Shown here piece after piece: positions 50,212 through 64,000 of a stretch of 64,000 nt of DNA. Each line of letters begins with the position of its first letter. Positions within the stretch are counted from its first letter, which is position 1. The notes under the pieces were generated by a model. That model was not told the origin of the DNA and made no database searches. It saw only the letters and a list, made by a program, of their open reading frames with translations. The DNA lies in assembly GCF_009834535.1 (NCBI RefSeq), contig NC_045697.1:86988001-87052000 (forward strand), in the 5' to 3' direction. Origin of the DNA: Camelus ferus (taxonomy: Eukaryota). The position numbers and the translations under genes are program-made.

Positions 50212-51862
50212 CAGTGCTCCTCAAACTCTAGAGAAATTGTAAAATCTATGACATGTCACAAATCAGGGCTGTTGTAAAGTACAGTAAAAATAAATTACTG
50301 GGAAAATAAGTTTAAAAAATAGAAATCTATTTTAGATTTAACAGGTATAAAATTACTCTCAAATGGCAGTGAAAAGCTTCTAAATGCATTTTCTCATTCT
50401 TTGTACTCACCTCGTGAACATTAACAAATAGTTCGTGGACCACACTTTTTTTTCTTTTAATTGAAATGTAGTTGATGAACAATATTGTATTAGTTTCATG
50501 TGTACAACATAGTGATTCACTTTTAAATACATTACAAAGTGGTTACCATGATAAGTCTAGTAACCATCTGTCACTGTACAAAGTTTTTACAGTATTATTG
50601 ACTCTGTTCCTTATGCTGTACGTTACATCTCTGTGACTTACTTTATAACTGGAAGTTTATACCTCTTAATCCCCTTCACCTGTTTTACCCAACCCCCTCA
50701 TCCTTCTCCCATCTGGCAACTATCCCTTTGTTCTTTGTATCTATGAGTTTGTTTCTATTTATTTTTGGTTTTTTGATTCTACATATAAGTGAAATCATAT
50801 GATGTTTGTCTTTCTTTGACATTTCACTTAGTGTAATACTCTCTAGATCCATTCATATTGTTCCTAATGGAAATATTTCATTGTTTTTATGGCTGAGTAA
50901 TATTCCAGTATTTTATATATATTTTACACATGTATAGAATATGTACACACTTACATATAAAAGTTCTTTACATATTTTGGATATTAACCCCTTATCAGAA
51001 ATATCATTTGCAGATATCTTCTCTCATTCAGTGCTGCCTTTTTATTTTGTTGATGATTTCCTTTGCTGTGCAAAAGCTTTTTAATTTGATGTAGTCTCAT
51101 TTATTAATTTTTGCTTTTGTTGCCCTTGCCTCAGGAGACAGATCCAAAAAAATATTGCTAGTACCAACTTCAAAGAGTTTATTTACTGCCTGTGTTTTCT
51201 TCTAGTTTTATGGTTTCAGATCTTACATTTAAGTCTTTAATCCATTTTAAGTTTATTTCAGTACATGTTGTAAGGAAGTGATGCAATTTGATTCTTTCGC
51301 ATGTAGCTGTACAGTTTTCCCAACACCATTTATTGAAGATGCTGTCTTTTCCACATTACATATTCTTGACTCCTTTATCATCAATTAATTGATGTTGATG
51401 AACCCATAGAGATGTGCATCTATTTCTGGGCTCTCTATTCTGTTTGATCGATCTTTCTGTTTCTGTGCCAGTACCATAATGTGTTAATTACTATAACTTT
51501 GCAGTATACCTCCAGTTTTGCTTTTCTTTCTCAAGATTGCTTTGGCTATTTGGGGTCTTTTATGGTTCCATACATATTTTAGGATTATTAGTTCCAGTTC
51601 TTTGAAAAATGCCATTGGTATTTTGATAGGGGTTGAGTTGAATTGCTTTGGGTAGTATGGATATTAACAATATTAATTCTTCCACTCCATAAGCACAGGA
51701 TATCTTTCCATTTATTTGTGTCATTTTCAATTTCTTTCATCAGAGTCTTATAGTTTTTCACCCCCTTGGCTAAATTTATTCCTAGGTATTTTATTATATT
51801 TGATGCAATTGTTAGTGGGATTGCTTTCTTAATTTGTGGCCCACACTTTGAGTACAGCACTG
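50212..51862. mobile_element. MER5C-like DNA transposon interrupted by an L1 (about 50448-51833, minus strand, internally deleted)
   Basis: TIR-like cagtgctcctcaaa ... tttgagtacagcactg; duplicated gtgg(a/c)ccacacttt flanking minus-strand L1 3' UTR/ORF2 sequence. Confidence 0.75.
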
Positions 51863-51869
51863 TGCTATC

Positions 51870-52830
51870 CCTCTGTTTTTGGATTTTTCAAAGGTACTTC
51901 AAGACTGACCTCATGAATTCGTATTTCTTCCAACAAAACAAACTCAAGCTCTGTTCAGTTTTTCCCGTTGTAAAATTCAGAAGCCTAAGATTCATTCATA
52001 ACACCTCACATTATCGAGTCCACCACCAAGTCCTGTTTGCTACCGGAACACTTCCCACATTCCACTTCTGCACTCCGTTCCCACTGCTTCAGCCTTAATC
52101 TCAGACACCATCCTCCCTCACCTGGACTACTGCACCAGCTGCTTCATTCCAATTCCTTTTCCACTCTGCAGGCAGAATGATCTTCTAAAATGAAAATCTT
52201 TTTGACCCTGCTTTTCACCACTAACTCGATTCCGGTTGCTGTCATATTAAAGACCAGGAGCTTGATACAGCCCACTGCTCTGGGTGGTCTTGACCTTCCA
52301 TGTATGGCTCCTTCTTGCCCCCACCACTCTGCCTGTACTTTTTCCTTCAGATGCACAGTGCTCTCTTCTGTCAAGGATCTCTGCACATCCCATTTTCTTT
52401 TGCTGAGAATTGTCTTTTCCCCCCTTCATTTAGTTAATTTTACTCTTCCTTCAGATCTGAATTGAAACATTATTCCTTGGAGAAGCAGTCTTTGATTCTT
52501 CCAAATTAGATCAGACCCCTCATTAGAGACTCTCCTAACACTTCTAGTTATTCTTGCATTGCATTAATCTTAGTTTATAATTACACAGTTAGTTAGTGAC
52601 TGTTCAATAACTCTCTCATCCTATTAAGTTATAAACTCTGTGAGGCTAAGGACTGTGTCTCCTTTTGTTCACCTTGTATCCCCCATGCCTATCATAGTGT
52701 CTCCTATAAAGTGGGCACATGGTAAGTGTTTGCTGAATGAACAGATGAAGGGTGGGTGGCTGTTTGAAATTACTATCTCAGTTAATCTGGCACATAAGAT
52801 GCTCAATAAATGTGAATTCAGTTAATGGGG
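51870..52830 (+). mobile_element. L2 LINE remnant
   Basis: accatcctccctcacctggactactgc; ataaactctgtgaggctaaggactgtgtc; tgtttgctgaatgaa. Confidence 0.7.
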
Positions 52831-54497
52831 AAGTGGATGTAGAGATACTTTTTTTTAAGTATTGGAGGAATGAGGACTGGTGAAGGCAGTTGTATGGAGG
52901 ACAGCTTGAGTAGATTTGGATGCTGAAACAGAGAGTACAATAGAAATGTATTAGGAAATAAGGTCAGTGGATGGGAATTTAAACATGATCTCCATTGGTG
53001 ATAGGAAGTGAAGGTATTTAGATAAGTCTCTGATTTGTCACATCTTGGTGCATGGTGAATGTGCAGGATAGGATGGAGGGAAGAGAGGAAGAAAATGTAG
53101 AATCTTGTCAAGGACTGAGTACACCTGCAAGGTAATTATCAAGAGAGAAAGGTAATTCACTGAGGTTTCATTCATTAGGAAGAAAGAAGTGGCAGAAACT
53201 GAGCATTATAGGTTACCAAGCAGGACGCTCTGCTGTTGTTGATGAGAGTAAATTGTGTAAGAGACCTGGGGCTCACAGGAAAGTTGAATCTCTTTTCAGA
53301 CTCTCATGTTATAAAAATGCTTATTTTATTCTCAGTACTGTTAATCTTAGCCCTGGATATGTTTTGTTTTTCTAGATTTGTTTATCTGATGACAGGGGGA
53401 AAATAAATGTGTTGAGAAGTTATTTTTTAGTAGCAGAGAATGATGTAAATCAGACATACCTTATGGTTTTGCTTTCATTGACTTAGTTCCTTTTTAATTG
53501 CAAAAGATCTGTTTTTCAGATTACTAAAGAACTCTAATACTAGTTAGAGCTTTGTGATTATGGTATATGTGGTTATAATAAATTTTATAATAAAGTTTAT
53601 GATAGCATCATAAGTATTGCATGGATTTTGTGCTGAAAAAATAAATACTGTGTACTCATACATTCATTCAGTTCACAGATATTTATTACGCAGCTGCTGT
53701 ATTTGATGCACTCATAGGCGTTACAGTTAGAAAGATGAATATGATCCAGTTCCTGCCCCAAAGCTGTATATAGTTTAGAGGAAAGTCAGATTGTAAGATA
53801 TATGAGTGTTATGATGATAAATGCTAGTATCTGGCAGCATCGGGTGCTGGAAGAATCAGAGGAGGGACAGCTAACCAAGTGTGGAGACTGACGGGGTGGG
53901 TGGGCAGGGATGCAGATATTAGCACTTAATTTTCAGCTTTTGTAACAGGGCTGAATTCTGGGCCCCTTCTTTGGCTGAAAGTTGAAAGCACTAATGGTCG
54001 TTTCAGTTGGTGTTCGCCTAAGGAATAAGACCTGTGTTACTGTTCTCAATGTATTCTTGGAAACAGAAAGGAGAAATGGCTGATTGCTGTCATGTGGGTC
54101 AGAGTGGAAACATAATCCTCGAGAGCCAGATGATGTGCCGTTTCCCCAGGTCAAGCCTTTGAATACTAGTAGCCCACTCAACTTAGAATGTGTAGAATGA
54201 AAAGCTCAGAATACAAGTATAAAAAGCCTTGCAAGTATGTTCAGTTTGTAATGAAATTAGAGATTTTTTTTTTAAATAATGAAAACCGATACCCACTCTA
54301 TGAAACCTTGTTTTTCAGTTAGCATTCATATTGTCAGTGGACCCTCAGAAAGGTTTGATTTTAAGTCAGTTTGATGAAATTAGGAGGCTTGGAACAGTAG
54401 TTTCTCCAGGGTATGGCAAGTATATTCATGTGGTCGTGTGGATAGAGGATTTTTATTCACTCCAAAAGAGTATGCTTTAACTTCAGGTACCAAATAG

Positions 54498-54680
<183 letters not shown>

Positions 54681-55689
54681 TAAAAAGATTTGAGATGTTT
54701 TTGATTTTTATTTTCAACACAAGCAGTAATAAATGAAAAACTCTCTTTTATAAGACCTTCACAGCTGTATACACTTTTCCTTCCTTCAATACCCTGGGAG
54801 TTGGAGCCCCTAAGTGTCATGATACAGAGCGAAACCTTTCCCCGCAAAGTGGTGACACACACACTACCAGCCCTGTTTCTCCAGTTTGCTAGTTAGTTGT
54901 ATTTCTCCACAGAAATGTTATTTCGAGTATGAAGATCATCTCCTTTGTATGTAAATATTTGATTACCCTCCCTGTTTTCAGCTGTTTGTCCTGGCGGCCA
55001 TTCATCATCCCTAAGACTCTAAGACCAGAAGCTTCCCTGTATTCTCTGCCTCTGCCGTGTCTTCTGCTGCTTCATCAGTTGGTCTTCTCTCATCCCGGGG
55101 GTCATCTGGAAATGTTTTGTAATCTCTTATCTGCTGATGGCATGCCTCCATTCTTTTCATTGTTCTGGGCTTACACTGTAAAAAAAATCCTTCATTGTGC
55201 CTTGCGGAAGAGAAGACTATAAACACGTACACTCAATCCACTATTTGGAGCTAGAAATCTTCATGTTTCTACCTTAGCATTTAAGTCTGATGAGACCGAG
55301 GTTCCCATGGAGCTCCTTTGTTGGGTACCTCACTGTTTGCTGGATGTAGTTTATGCTCCAGGCTGAATTACCTTATAGTTAGCGGGCCTTCAGTATTTTT
55401 TCTCATTGTCCTCTTATCATTTGTTAATGCCTTTGTCTCTTTCTCTAAATCCACCCTTCATCTCTTCCACCATTTTCATTGTGGGATTATTCTTAATCTT
55501 CTATGAAAGATGTAATATTTATAAAAATTAGTTTTTTTTTTGTAACTTGTGTCAGATTGCAACTCCTTTGGGGTAAGGTCTGTGTTTCGCAGATCCAGGT
55601 ACTCGACTGTGCTGTTTTCTTCCTCATAAATTACTGATATTCTCCGAATATTTATCTTCTCATATTTTTATTTCCTGTGCTCTGGACAG

Positions 55690-55847
55690 GTCTACACAGC
55701 CTGGCCAGTGGCAGGATTTCCTGGAGGCAAGGTTGGCCTGAGTGAAATGGCGCAGAAGAATGTGGGTGTGAGGGTTGGTGATGCCATCCACGTCCAGCCT
55801 ATTTTGGGTGCTGTGCTGCAGGCCGAGGAAATGGACGTGGCACTCAG
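55690..55847 (+). CDS. AFG2A: AFG2A coding exon 3 (158 bp), [27 protein letters not shown]...EEMDVAL(S)
   Basis: ggacag|GTCTACACAGCC...CACTCAG|gtttgg; phases consistent. Confidence 0.95.
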
Positions 55848-55879
55848 GTTTGGCTCTTTTCTTTGGTGACTGTCTAGAT

Positions 55880-56190
55880 CGGTGTTGCTCAGTAGAAATG
55901 TAATGAGTGTCATAAATGTGAATCACATACATCATTTTGCATATTCTAGTAGTTACATTTAAAAAGAGAAAGAAGTAATTTTAATAGTATATTTTATTTA
56001 ACCAATATATGTAAAATCTTATTTGAGCTTACGTAACTATAAAAAACTATTAATAAGATTTTTCATTCTGTTTTTCAAACTGAGTTTTCAAAATCCTGGG
56101 TGTGTGTTACACTTGTAAAACATCTACATTTTAAGCACATAGTAGCCGCAAGCGGTGAGTGGCTGGTGGCCTCCTGTATTAGACAGCACC
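55880..56190. mobile_element. MER33/MER3-like DNA transposon
   Basis: tgctcagtagaaatgtaatgagtgtca...ttctagtagttacatttaaaaag...gtggctggtggcctcctgtattagacagcac. Confidence 0.7.
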
Positions 56191-57588
56191 AGCTGGGTGA
56201 GTGCCGTGTGATTTACAGGCTAGTGACTCTAATGGCCTGGGATTAGAGTATGCCTTGACATTTTAGGTGTGAGGAAGTTACAATTGATGGATGTTTAAGA
56301 ATGTTTTTCATCTTGAATTGCAGTGTAATCAGGGCTTCTCGTCTTTTTTACGGTTGTACAGATCACTGTGAGTAGGCAAGAAACAAGTTTTAATTTAATT
56401 AAGACTGTTCAAGCAAAGTATCTGATTGTATACTCTAACTCATTGATTGTTCAGTCTAATAAAACAGTTATATATATCAGATTTTTAAATGGTTTCCCAC
56501 CAAAAACTATCAGTATGGTTAAAGTATATTGCTCATTCTCTTGGATGTTCTGTATTTAATAGGATTTTTACTCAGCTTGCATATATTCAGATCATAACAA
56601 AATTTGCTTTAGAAAGAATCTTTTGATATTTCAGTATCACGTTTGTAGCAATTTTGGAGATTTTACATTATATGCAAGAATCACAAAACATTTTCTAGTT
56701 ATTATCTTGCTTTTAAAATGTTTACTTTTGCTACTGTTGTAGATTCTAAGCATGAGCTTTGGTGCATTTTTTTTCTTTTAAAAACAGGAAAATGTCTTCA
56801 GTGCGTTTAATAACAGTTTAATGAGCAACAAAATAAAAAGAAAGGAAAAGAGAACAAAGCGTATGTTGAGCACCAGCTGTGTACTAGTGCACACACACAC
56901 ATGTGCACACACATACACTTTTCCCCTTTTTCTTATTTGATCCCTTAAACATTCTGCAAGGTATCCATTTTTATCCCTTTTTCACAAGTGAGGAAATGGG
57001 CTCAGTGAGGAGTGGTAACTTGCCCATTATTTTATGAAACAGTAGTACTACTCAGGTTAAATAGGGTTAATCTTCAAACTTCTAGTGCTGCAGGTAGCAA
57101 TAATCAGTTGACTGGATTTTTTATGATCTTACAAGGGTGACCTCTTGAGGGTGCAGCAGTCTTGAGTGTAATGATTACCTATTATGGAAGGACTGTGTAT
57201 GTTTTAAATGGAACCTTGGTTTTTTATTTTAAAGAACCTTGTGTTTTAAATGTGGCAGCAGAACTTAGACAAGAAACTTAATTTCCAATGAGAAAAATCA
57301 GTAATTTTAGTCTGCTGCTTAAATACTTCAGTTTCATCTGAAAAATTTTATTAGTAAGGTTAGAGCGCCTTCTAGTGGAAATAATTTTATCTGCACTCAT
57401 TCTTTTTTTAAAAGCATAATTGGTTATTTTTATTGTTCTTGTACATTTTTGCAAGTATCTTCTTTTCACAGTTTAATAAATAAACACAGTTCAAATATAA
57501 GTAGTTTCAGAGGTCTATAAACAAGTATATTTAAGCATTTGATGCTTGAAATTTTCTCATCTATTTTTCTCTCTTTTATATGAATACA

Positions 57589-58145
57589 CAGTTGACTCTC
57601 ATTATTTGTGGTAGTTATGTTCTGTAAAGTTGCCGCAAACACTGAATTAACATACTGAACCATTGCTCCCAGGGAGTGTGTATGTGTATTTATTAATTTA
57701 ATACATATAAATATATGAAAATATGTCTCTCACATAGATTATAACCTTAAATCCTTAAACAACTCATTCTGGTAGATTCTATTTATTTTACAAAAGAGAA
57801 GAGGTGGCTCAGAAGCATTAAGTGACTTTCCTGAAGCCACCCCACTAACAGATGTCAGAGTTAGGACTCAAACCCCCTTCAGCTGGTCCCAGAGATGGAA
57901 CTTTTTGCTCTATACTGTGCTGTCCCCTACCCTCTCCGGCTTCCATCCCCTGGTCACCTCTGAATAAAAGTTGAAACAAGGGACCTTTATCAAGCTCAGC
58001 TGGGAAACTCACATTTTTTTGGTTGTTCTACACACATCCATGAATGACTGGAATGCCTGCAAATACTAATTTTTGGGTTACAGACACATTTTAGCAAGTA
58101 GGTGAATTTGCAAATGCAGAATCCTCAGATGATGAAGTTTGGCTG
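57589..58145 (+). mobile_element. MER82-like Tigger DNA transposon
   Basis: Start cagttgactctcattatttgtggtagttatgttctgtaaagttgccgcaaacactgaatta; end gtgaatttgcaaatgcagaatc...ggctg followed by TA. Confidence 0.75.
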
Positions 58146-59027
58146 TATTGGTTTTTTACTGATAGAGTGGGAACAAGGCTTAGAGTTGGACCAGATGGGC
58201 CTACTAATATACATCTTTTCCTGAGCTAAACCATTCTCCTTCTGTGATCTCTGGCAGAGCTCACAGCCATAGGCTTCCTGCACTGATATGGGCTGCTTAC
58301 ACACGGAGAAGGAGGAAAAATGCACGTGGTTTAGGAACTCTCCAAGAACATGGTTCTTTACAAGTGCAATGATTTTTAGATGTGTTACTTCCTGTACGCA
58401 AACAATCTCCCTGGAAGACACAGTTACCAATCTGAAGGAGGCTTTTTCATCTTGTCTTAGGCATGCGCTTTCTCTAGAATAAGAGAGAATTCCGTTGCAC
58501 CATTATTCTCCTTTTTTTTCTACCTCTTCAGATAATGTAATCTTTAGGATTTAATTTTCCTAAAAGATAATTTATTAATTATACAAAGAGGATGATGTAA
58601 GCTATTAATAAAAGCCTTTCTCCAAGCTAAGCAGGTTCAGAAAGGAAGTGATGGAGGCCAGTGTTTTTCGAATGTTTTTGGTTATGACACATAGTAAAAA
58701 ATATATTTTCGTTGTGATTTATTGTACATATACATTTACAGATGTAGTGAAGATATACATACACCTGAGTATATCAGTCTGTGTATGTGTAAGAGAGTAA
58801 AGAACGTTCATTTAGGCCACTCAACACCAAATTGCAAATAATATTTTCACAGCTATAAGAAGTATATGAGAAGTATAAATCATTCCAAAATTGTACAAAT
58901 CATTTCCGGTTGTAAACTAATGATTCTTTTGATTTCGTCTGCATTACAATAAAGCATGTACATGTTTTATTACATTTTATTTTCTGGTATACTTAATGCT
59001 AATTTTTATTTTCCCCACCGTTTACAG

Positions 59028-59086
59028 TGATAAAAATGCAGATATTAATGAGGAACAACTGACTAGTTGTCTTCTGAGAAAACTAG
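59028..59086 (+). CDS. AFG2A: AFG2A coding exon 4 (59 bp), DKNADINEEQLTSCLLRKL
   Basis: tttacag|TGATAAAAAT...AAACTAG|gtgaga. Confidence 0.93.
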
Positions 59087-59710
59087 GTGAGATACATATT
59101 TTAAATAGTTTTCTAAATTTTGGAAAGTAAGGCAATAGCAAATAAACTAGTGTGTCTTTGATGTCTTATATACATTTTTTTTTTTTGATAATGTAGAGAA
59201 TATTCTCCTCAATGAATTGAAGTCCTTTTAAGATAGGGATATAGTGTGTCCCTATCTCCCCCAAAGCTGCTGAGTAATTTACTGGCAGTTGAGCAGTGGA
59301 GAGAATTTATGACTTGTCAATGAACAGAGTCAGTGGGAGAGCTGAGACTTCTAACCTTTGAGCCCTTGAGGAATGTTATCTTGGAGTGTTGGTTTTGGTA
59401 TGCCATTTTAGTTTTGTTCATTACTGCATCTGGAATGCCTGGCTATTTGTGGATATGGTTTATAGAATCCTAAATATATTGAGTATAGAGGATTTCAGAG
59501 AATCATCTTGTCCTTATTCTGTCTCCAGATAGTGCTGTAATGTAGACAAATACTAGGTCTTCTGTTTCTCATGACAGTTATTTTATTAATACTTCCATCT
59601 TGATTTAGTCTTTTCAGATAGCTTTGTTAATAGATGAAATAAATTGCTATTTAAATTGTAAATGGGTGAAAAATTGTGTTAACATACACATTTAATAAAT
59701 TGTTTTGCAG

Positions 59711-60355
59711 ATGGCAAGATTGTGTTACCGGGCAACTTTCTGTATTGTACATTCTATGGACGACCATGCAAGTTGCAAGTGTTGCAAGTGAAAGGGGCAG
59801 ATGGCACAATGTTGAGAAGGGCTCAGAGTGACTCTGACACTGATGTCCAGGTTATGGCCTCTGAGCCGTCCAGCATAGAAACCAGTACCCTGGATATATC
59901 TTTACAGCTAAGCCAGTTAAATCTGGAAGTACCTCGAAACCCAGCATCAAGCAGTACTCCTTACAAGCCAGTAGATGACAGAATGATAAATAAAGCTGGT
60001 GATGTTTTGTCCGATGTTACAGAGAGTCCTGAAAACAGTAGCGGACTTGAACTAGAGGAATTCACAGGTCTTAAATGCAGTTTTGAGTCTTCTAGAGAAG
60101 GAAATGGGCAACCTCTCAATGAAGAGAGGTCGCTGAAGTCATCCAGCGTGGGAGCAAAGTGCAACACTGATACCTTTTATTTTATTTCTTCGACAACAAG
60201 AATCAATTTTACAAAAATTCATACAAATTCAAAAAATCAGGACAGCCAATTCAAAGTAACTTATGACATGATAGGCGGCTTAAATAGTCAGCTGAAAGAA
60301 ATTAGAGAAATAATTGAATTGCCTCTAAAACAGCCTGAACTTTTCAAGAGTTATG
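59711..60355 (+). CDS. AFG2A: AFG2A coding exon 5 (645 bp), (D)[18 protein letters not shown]...VTYDMIGGL...PELFKSY(G)
   Basis: ttttgcag|ATGGCAAG...AGTTATG|gtatga; lies within the 248-aa ORF of the track. Confidence 0.96.
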
Positions 60356-61196
60356 GTATGATTTCTTCAGTATATTACAACCAAAAGAGTTCAGTTCAAA
60401 CTGAAAAGCAGTTGGCTCATTCCACTTATCTAATGACTGTTCACCTCTTTTCCTGCTTTCCTCCCTGAGTAGGAGTTATGGTAGGAGGTGTGAGTTGCTT
60501 TGGGAGATGCCAGTTAAATGAGACTTTCTATGCTTAGTCTCTTTAGGTTGTAATGTGAGTTTATTGCAGCCTTGTCTCTTCCAATTGCACATTTCCACAC
60601 TTATTTGCATTGGATGTAGAATAAGTATCTTGTCTTGCTACGTTAGCTGTAATAACAAAAGAAATAAACCAAAAATGTTCAAATAGGTTGGATAAAACTT
60701 CATCCAGGAAATGTAGCTGTGTACAGATCTCTTTGCATTGGAGCCAGTGGTTCAGGGAATGACTTAGCTCCTAGGAAGCTCAGCGTTTCCTCTGAAACTC
60801 AGGGCTTTTTCTGCATGTTCTTGGCGCATACCATCTCTTTCTCTGCTTTTTCCTTTTCCGTGAATGTTTATGTATATAAAATGAACCCTTGGATTGAATT
60901 TTGCTGGTAGTGCCTATATTCTCCTAGATGGCTTTGTTTTCTGATCATTGAACTGTGCTGTGTGGGATGGGGCATGAAAATAGTGTAGGTGTCCAGCCAG
61001 GCTGTCAGTAACCAGCCTGGCCTGGTTGGGTCTACAGAGAGAAAAAGTCATTGCTGGAGATCGGTGTTTGGGCTAGTTACTATGTCATTCTGGAGGGAAA
61101 AAAGAAGGTCTGACACTATGGTTTTGATTCAAGGTATATTTATAACTTATGTTTGAAGTCATATGACAGCACTTAAAAGAAACCTAATAATGCTGA

Positions 61197-61355
<159 letters not shown>

Positions 61356-61461
61356 TAGGTGCAAAACTTAATAGACTAAACAATACTATTAGATATATTA
61401 AATACCATTAAAAAATGGCTACATAGCATTCTGTCTGGATATTTCATATGTTGAAATATTT

Positions 61462-61819
61462 ATTTATTTAAGTATAGTCAGTTACAATGTGTCAATTTCT
61501 GGTGTACAGCATAATGTCCCAGTCACGCATATATATATGCATATATTTGTTTTCATATTCTTTTTCATTAAAGGTTATTACAAGATATTGAATATAGTTC
61601 TCTGTGCTACACAGAAGAAATTTTTAAAAATCTATTTTTATATATAATGGTTGACATTTGCAAATCTCAAACTCCCAAATGTATTCCCACATCTTTTCAC
61701 CTGGTAGCCAAAAGATTGTATACTATGTCTGTTTCTGTATTGTAGATGAGTTTATTAGTATCTTCTTTTTTCTTTTTTAGATTCCACATATAAATGATAT
61801 CATGGCATTTTTCTTTCCA
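61462..61819 (-). mobile_element. L1 3'-end insertion
   Basis: 11-bp TSD ttgaaatattt at 61451-61461 and 61820-61830; inverted L1 3' UTR. Confidence 0.88.
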
Positions 61820-61987
61820 TTGAAATATTTTAAATTGGCTTTTTAATGTGTATAAAAATTAAGTTTGGAAAATAATTTTTGAAAGTAGTCTTAAGTCTTC
61901 TGGAAATGTCTGAAAAATCAGAACTTCTATAGACAGAACTTTAAAAACAACAAGAGTTAGTCTTTAAATGTATTTTATTTGTTACAG

Positions 61988-62044
61988 ATTCTACGGGGAG
62001 ACTGAAGCAAGGTTACGTCAGATATTTGCTGAAGCCACTCTGCG
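61988..62044 (+). CDS. AFG2A: AFG2A coding exon 7 (57 bp), FYGETEARLRQIFAEATL(R)
   Basis: ttacag|ATTCTACGGG...CTGCG|gtattc. Confidence 0.95.
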
Positions 62045-62261
62045 GTATTCTTTATTTTTGGATATTTGGAATTAATAGTCAAGTCTGTTTTAATCAAAGT
62101 AGAAACAGTAGCACTTTATATGAAGCATGAACAAAAATAATAGGACAAAAATAATAGTGATAGCACTGGATACAGATTATAAATCTAATGAAGTTCTATC
62201 TAATCTATTTCTATCTAGTATTGTTTTGGAAATGTGATAAATAAGGAATTAAATTACATAA

Positions 62262-62530
62262 TGTAGGAAAAGGTACAAACTTCCAGTTATAAAATAAATT
62301 ATGGGGATGTAATCCACAGCATGGTGACTGTAGTTTATAATACTGTATTGCATATTTGAAAGTTACAAAGAGAGTAGATTTTAAAAGTTCTCTTTACAAG
62401 AATAAAGTTTTATGCCTGTATGGTGACACCTTGAGCTAGACTTGTGATCATTTCACAATATGTATGTGCAAATGTTGAATCATTATGTTGTATACCTGAA
62501 AGTAATGTAATGTTATATTTCAACAATTTA
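62262..62530 (+). mobile_element. Older L1M-type 3'-end fragment
   Basis: aaaggtacaaacttccagttataaaataa...tactgtattgcatatttgaaagtt...gttgtatacctgaaa; duplicated aattacataa on both sides. Confidence 0.8.
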
Positions 62531-63481
62531 AAGAATTACATAAGGTAAAAATTAAGACAGTACTAAGTCATATGACTGCTTAAGCATATAAATTTATGAT
62601 TTTCTTTCTTTTGAGTACTCAGATATAGCCAATATATCTAGTTCTTTTAGTAGACTATTATATTTGCTCTTTAGGTTTAAAACTTTGTTTTATTACACTC
62701 TGCTTCAAAGGGACAAATCTTTTGCTCTTTAAAAATGATTTGTACTAATTGTCAGTTTGGGCTGCCATTGTTACATTGCAAGTTCTTTTAGAGTGTGGTC
62801 TGTAACTTGATCTAATGTCATGTTATTTATAATATGGCTATAGCTCTTTCATTGTGTTGGTATTTAGCTTATAATTTCCGCTTTCTTATCAAAACTTCCA
62901 TTAAAAATTTTTTTTTCCGGCGATAGTAGATGATATAATAGTTTTTACTCCCAATCCCGAAGATTTGAGAACCAGTGGTACACCTCATTGTGTAGTATGT
63001 TTTCACTGTTGCTATTGTTATGTTCCTGGCAGTTGAGGTTTCCTCTTACGAGAGAATTTTCATCTTTTTATGGGAGAATTGATCATCTTGAGAGGTTTTT
63101 TTTTTTTTTTTCAGTCAATTAAGGAAAAGAGCATTTCTACTTTCTATCCCTTGGACTTTAAACTGGCTCCAAGGACTAGCATCTCTGGTCTTGGCTTGTG
63201 AATTGATCCAGGCATAGCAGTTTAGTGGGCATTAGTGGGCAGGTTCTGTCTGGTAATGGACTCTCATCTCATGAGCAATAGACTGTTCTCAGTACTCTGC
63301 TGTTAATTGAGGGCAGATCTAGAGTGTAATATTGGTGAGTTAATAATATGGGCTAAAATTAATCTAAGATTTTTCAGTTTAACATCCTATTGCTTTTGTC
63401 TTTAATATTATTAACTAAATCCTAAATTTGATCTGTTGCATTTCAACTAAAAATTAAAATGACTCATGTTCAATTTTTTAA

Positions 63482-63727
<246 letters not shown>

Positions 63728-64000
63728 TGAAGTAGAAAAAACTATTAAGTATGCCTGAGTTTGGGGGTTCTCTAGGGCAAGGGAAAAATGTTAACTGCAC
63801 AAACTAGAGGAAAGACCCATAAAATAATTTTCTTCAGTGATTTCTTAGCGACAGGACAATGTAACCTAGCCTGTTTTTGTAGCATATAAAATTATATACA
63901 ATGAGAGATTTCTTTTGTAATAAATGATATTAACCTAAAAACCTGTAGCAAAAATTTAGTGAGGAAAATTTAGCAGTTGAATTTTAGGGGATTTTACTAA

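Noticed and set aside
60356..60468. C-terminal extension of the 248-aa ORF
   Set aside because: Intron read-through past the exon 5 donor; splicing to exon 6 restores the AAA domain

Overview
Mammalian genomic DNA, very probably camelid (a vic-1-like tRNA-derived SINE is present), at the FGF2 / NUDT6 / AFG2A (SPATA5) locus. The window starts in the end of the FGF2 3' UTR (+ strand, AATAAA 719-724), which overlaps NUDT6 exon 4 in antisense. NUDT6 (- strand) coding exons 1-4 are at 48541-48304, 44507-44304, 38544-38489 and 189-135; its last exon lies left of the window, and intron 1 has a GC donor. A CpG-island bidirectional promoter separates NUDT6 from AFG2A/SPATA5 (+ strand), whose coding exons 1-8 run from 49096 to 63673 and include the Walker A and B motifs of the first AAA domain. 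NUDT6 intron 3 (38.3 kb) is about two-thirds LINE-1. Its large L1s all lie antisense to NUDT6 and include two nested insertions with perfect TSDs: a young 7.1-kb full-length L1 with intact ORF1, and a 3.05-kb ORF1-only mosaic (HAL1-like) element. The intron also holds a decayed, internally deleted CSGALNACT2 retrocopy and a 57-bp locally templated insertion. I see no prokaryote-type system, CRISPR array or new intact protein-coding gene. The best novelty candidates are the ORF1-only mosaic retroelement, an ORF0-like antisense ORF shared by two L1 5' UTRs, and the retrocopy. Gene and repeat-family names come from my recognition of the sequences, not from database searches.
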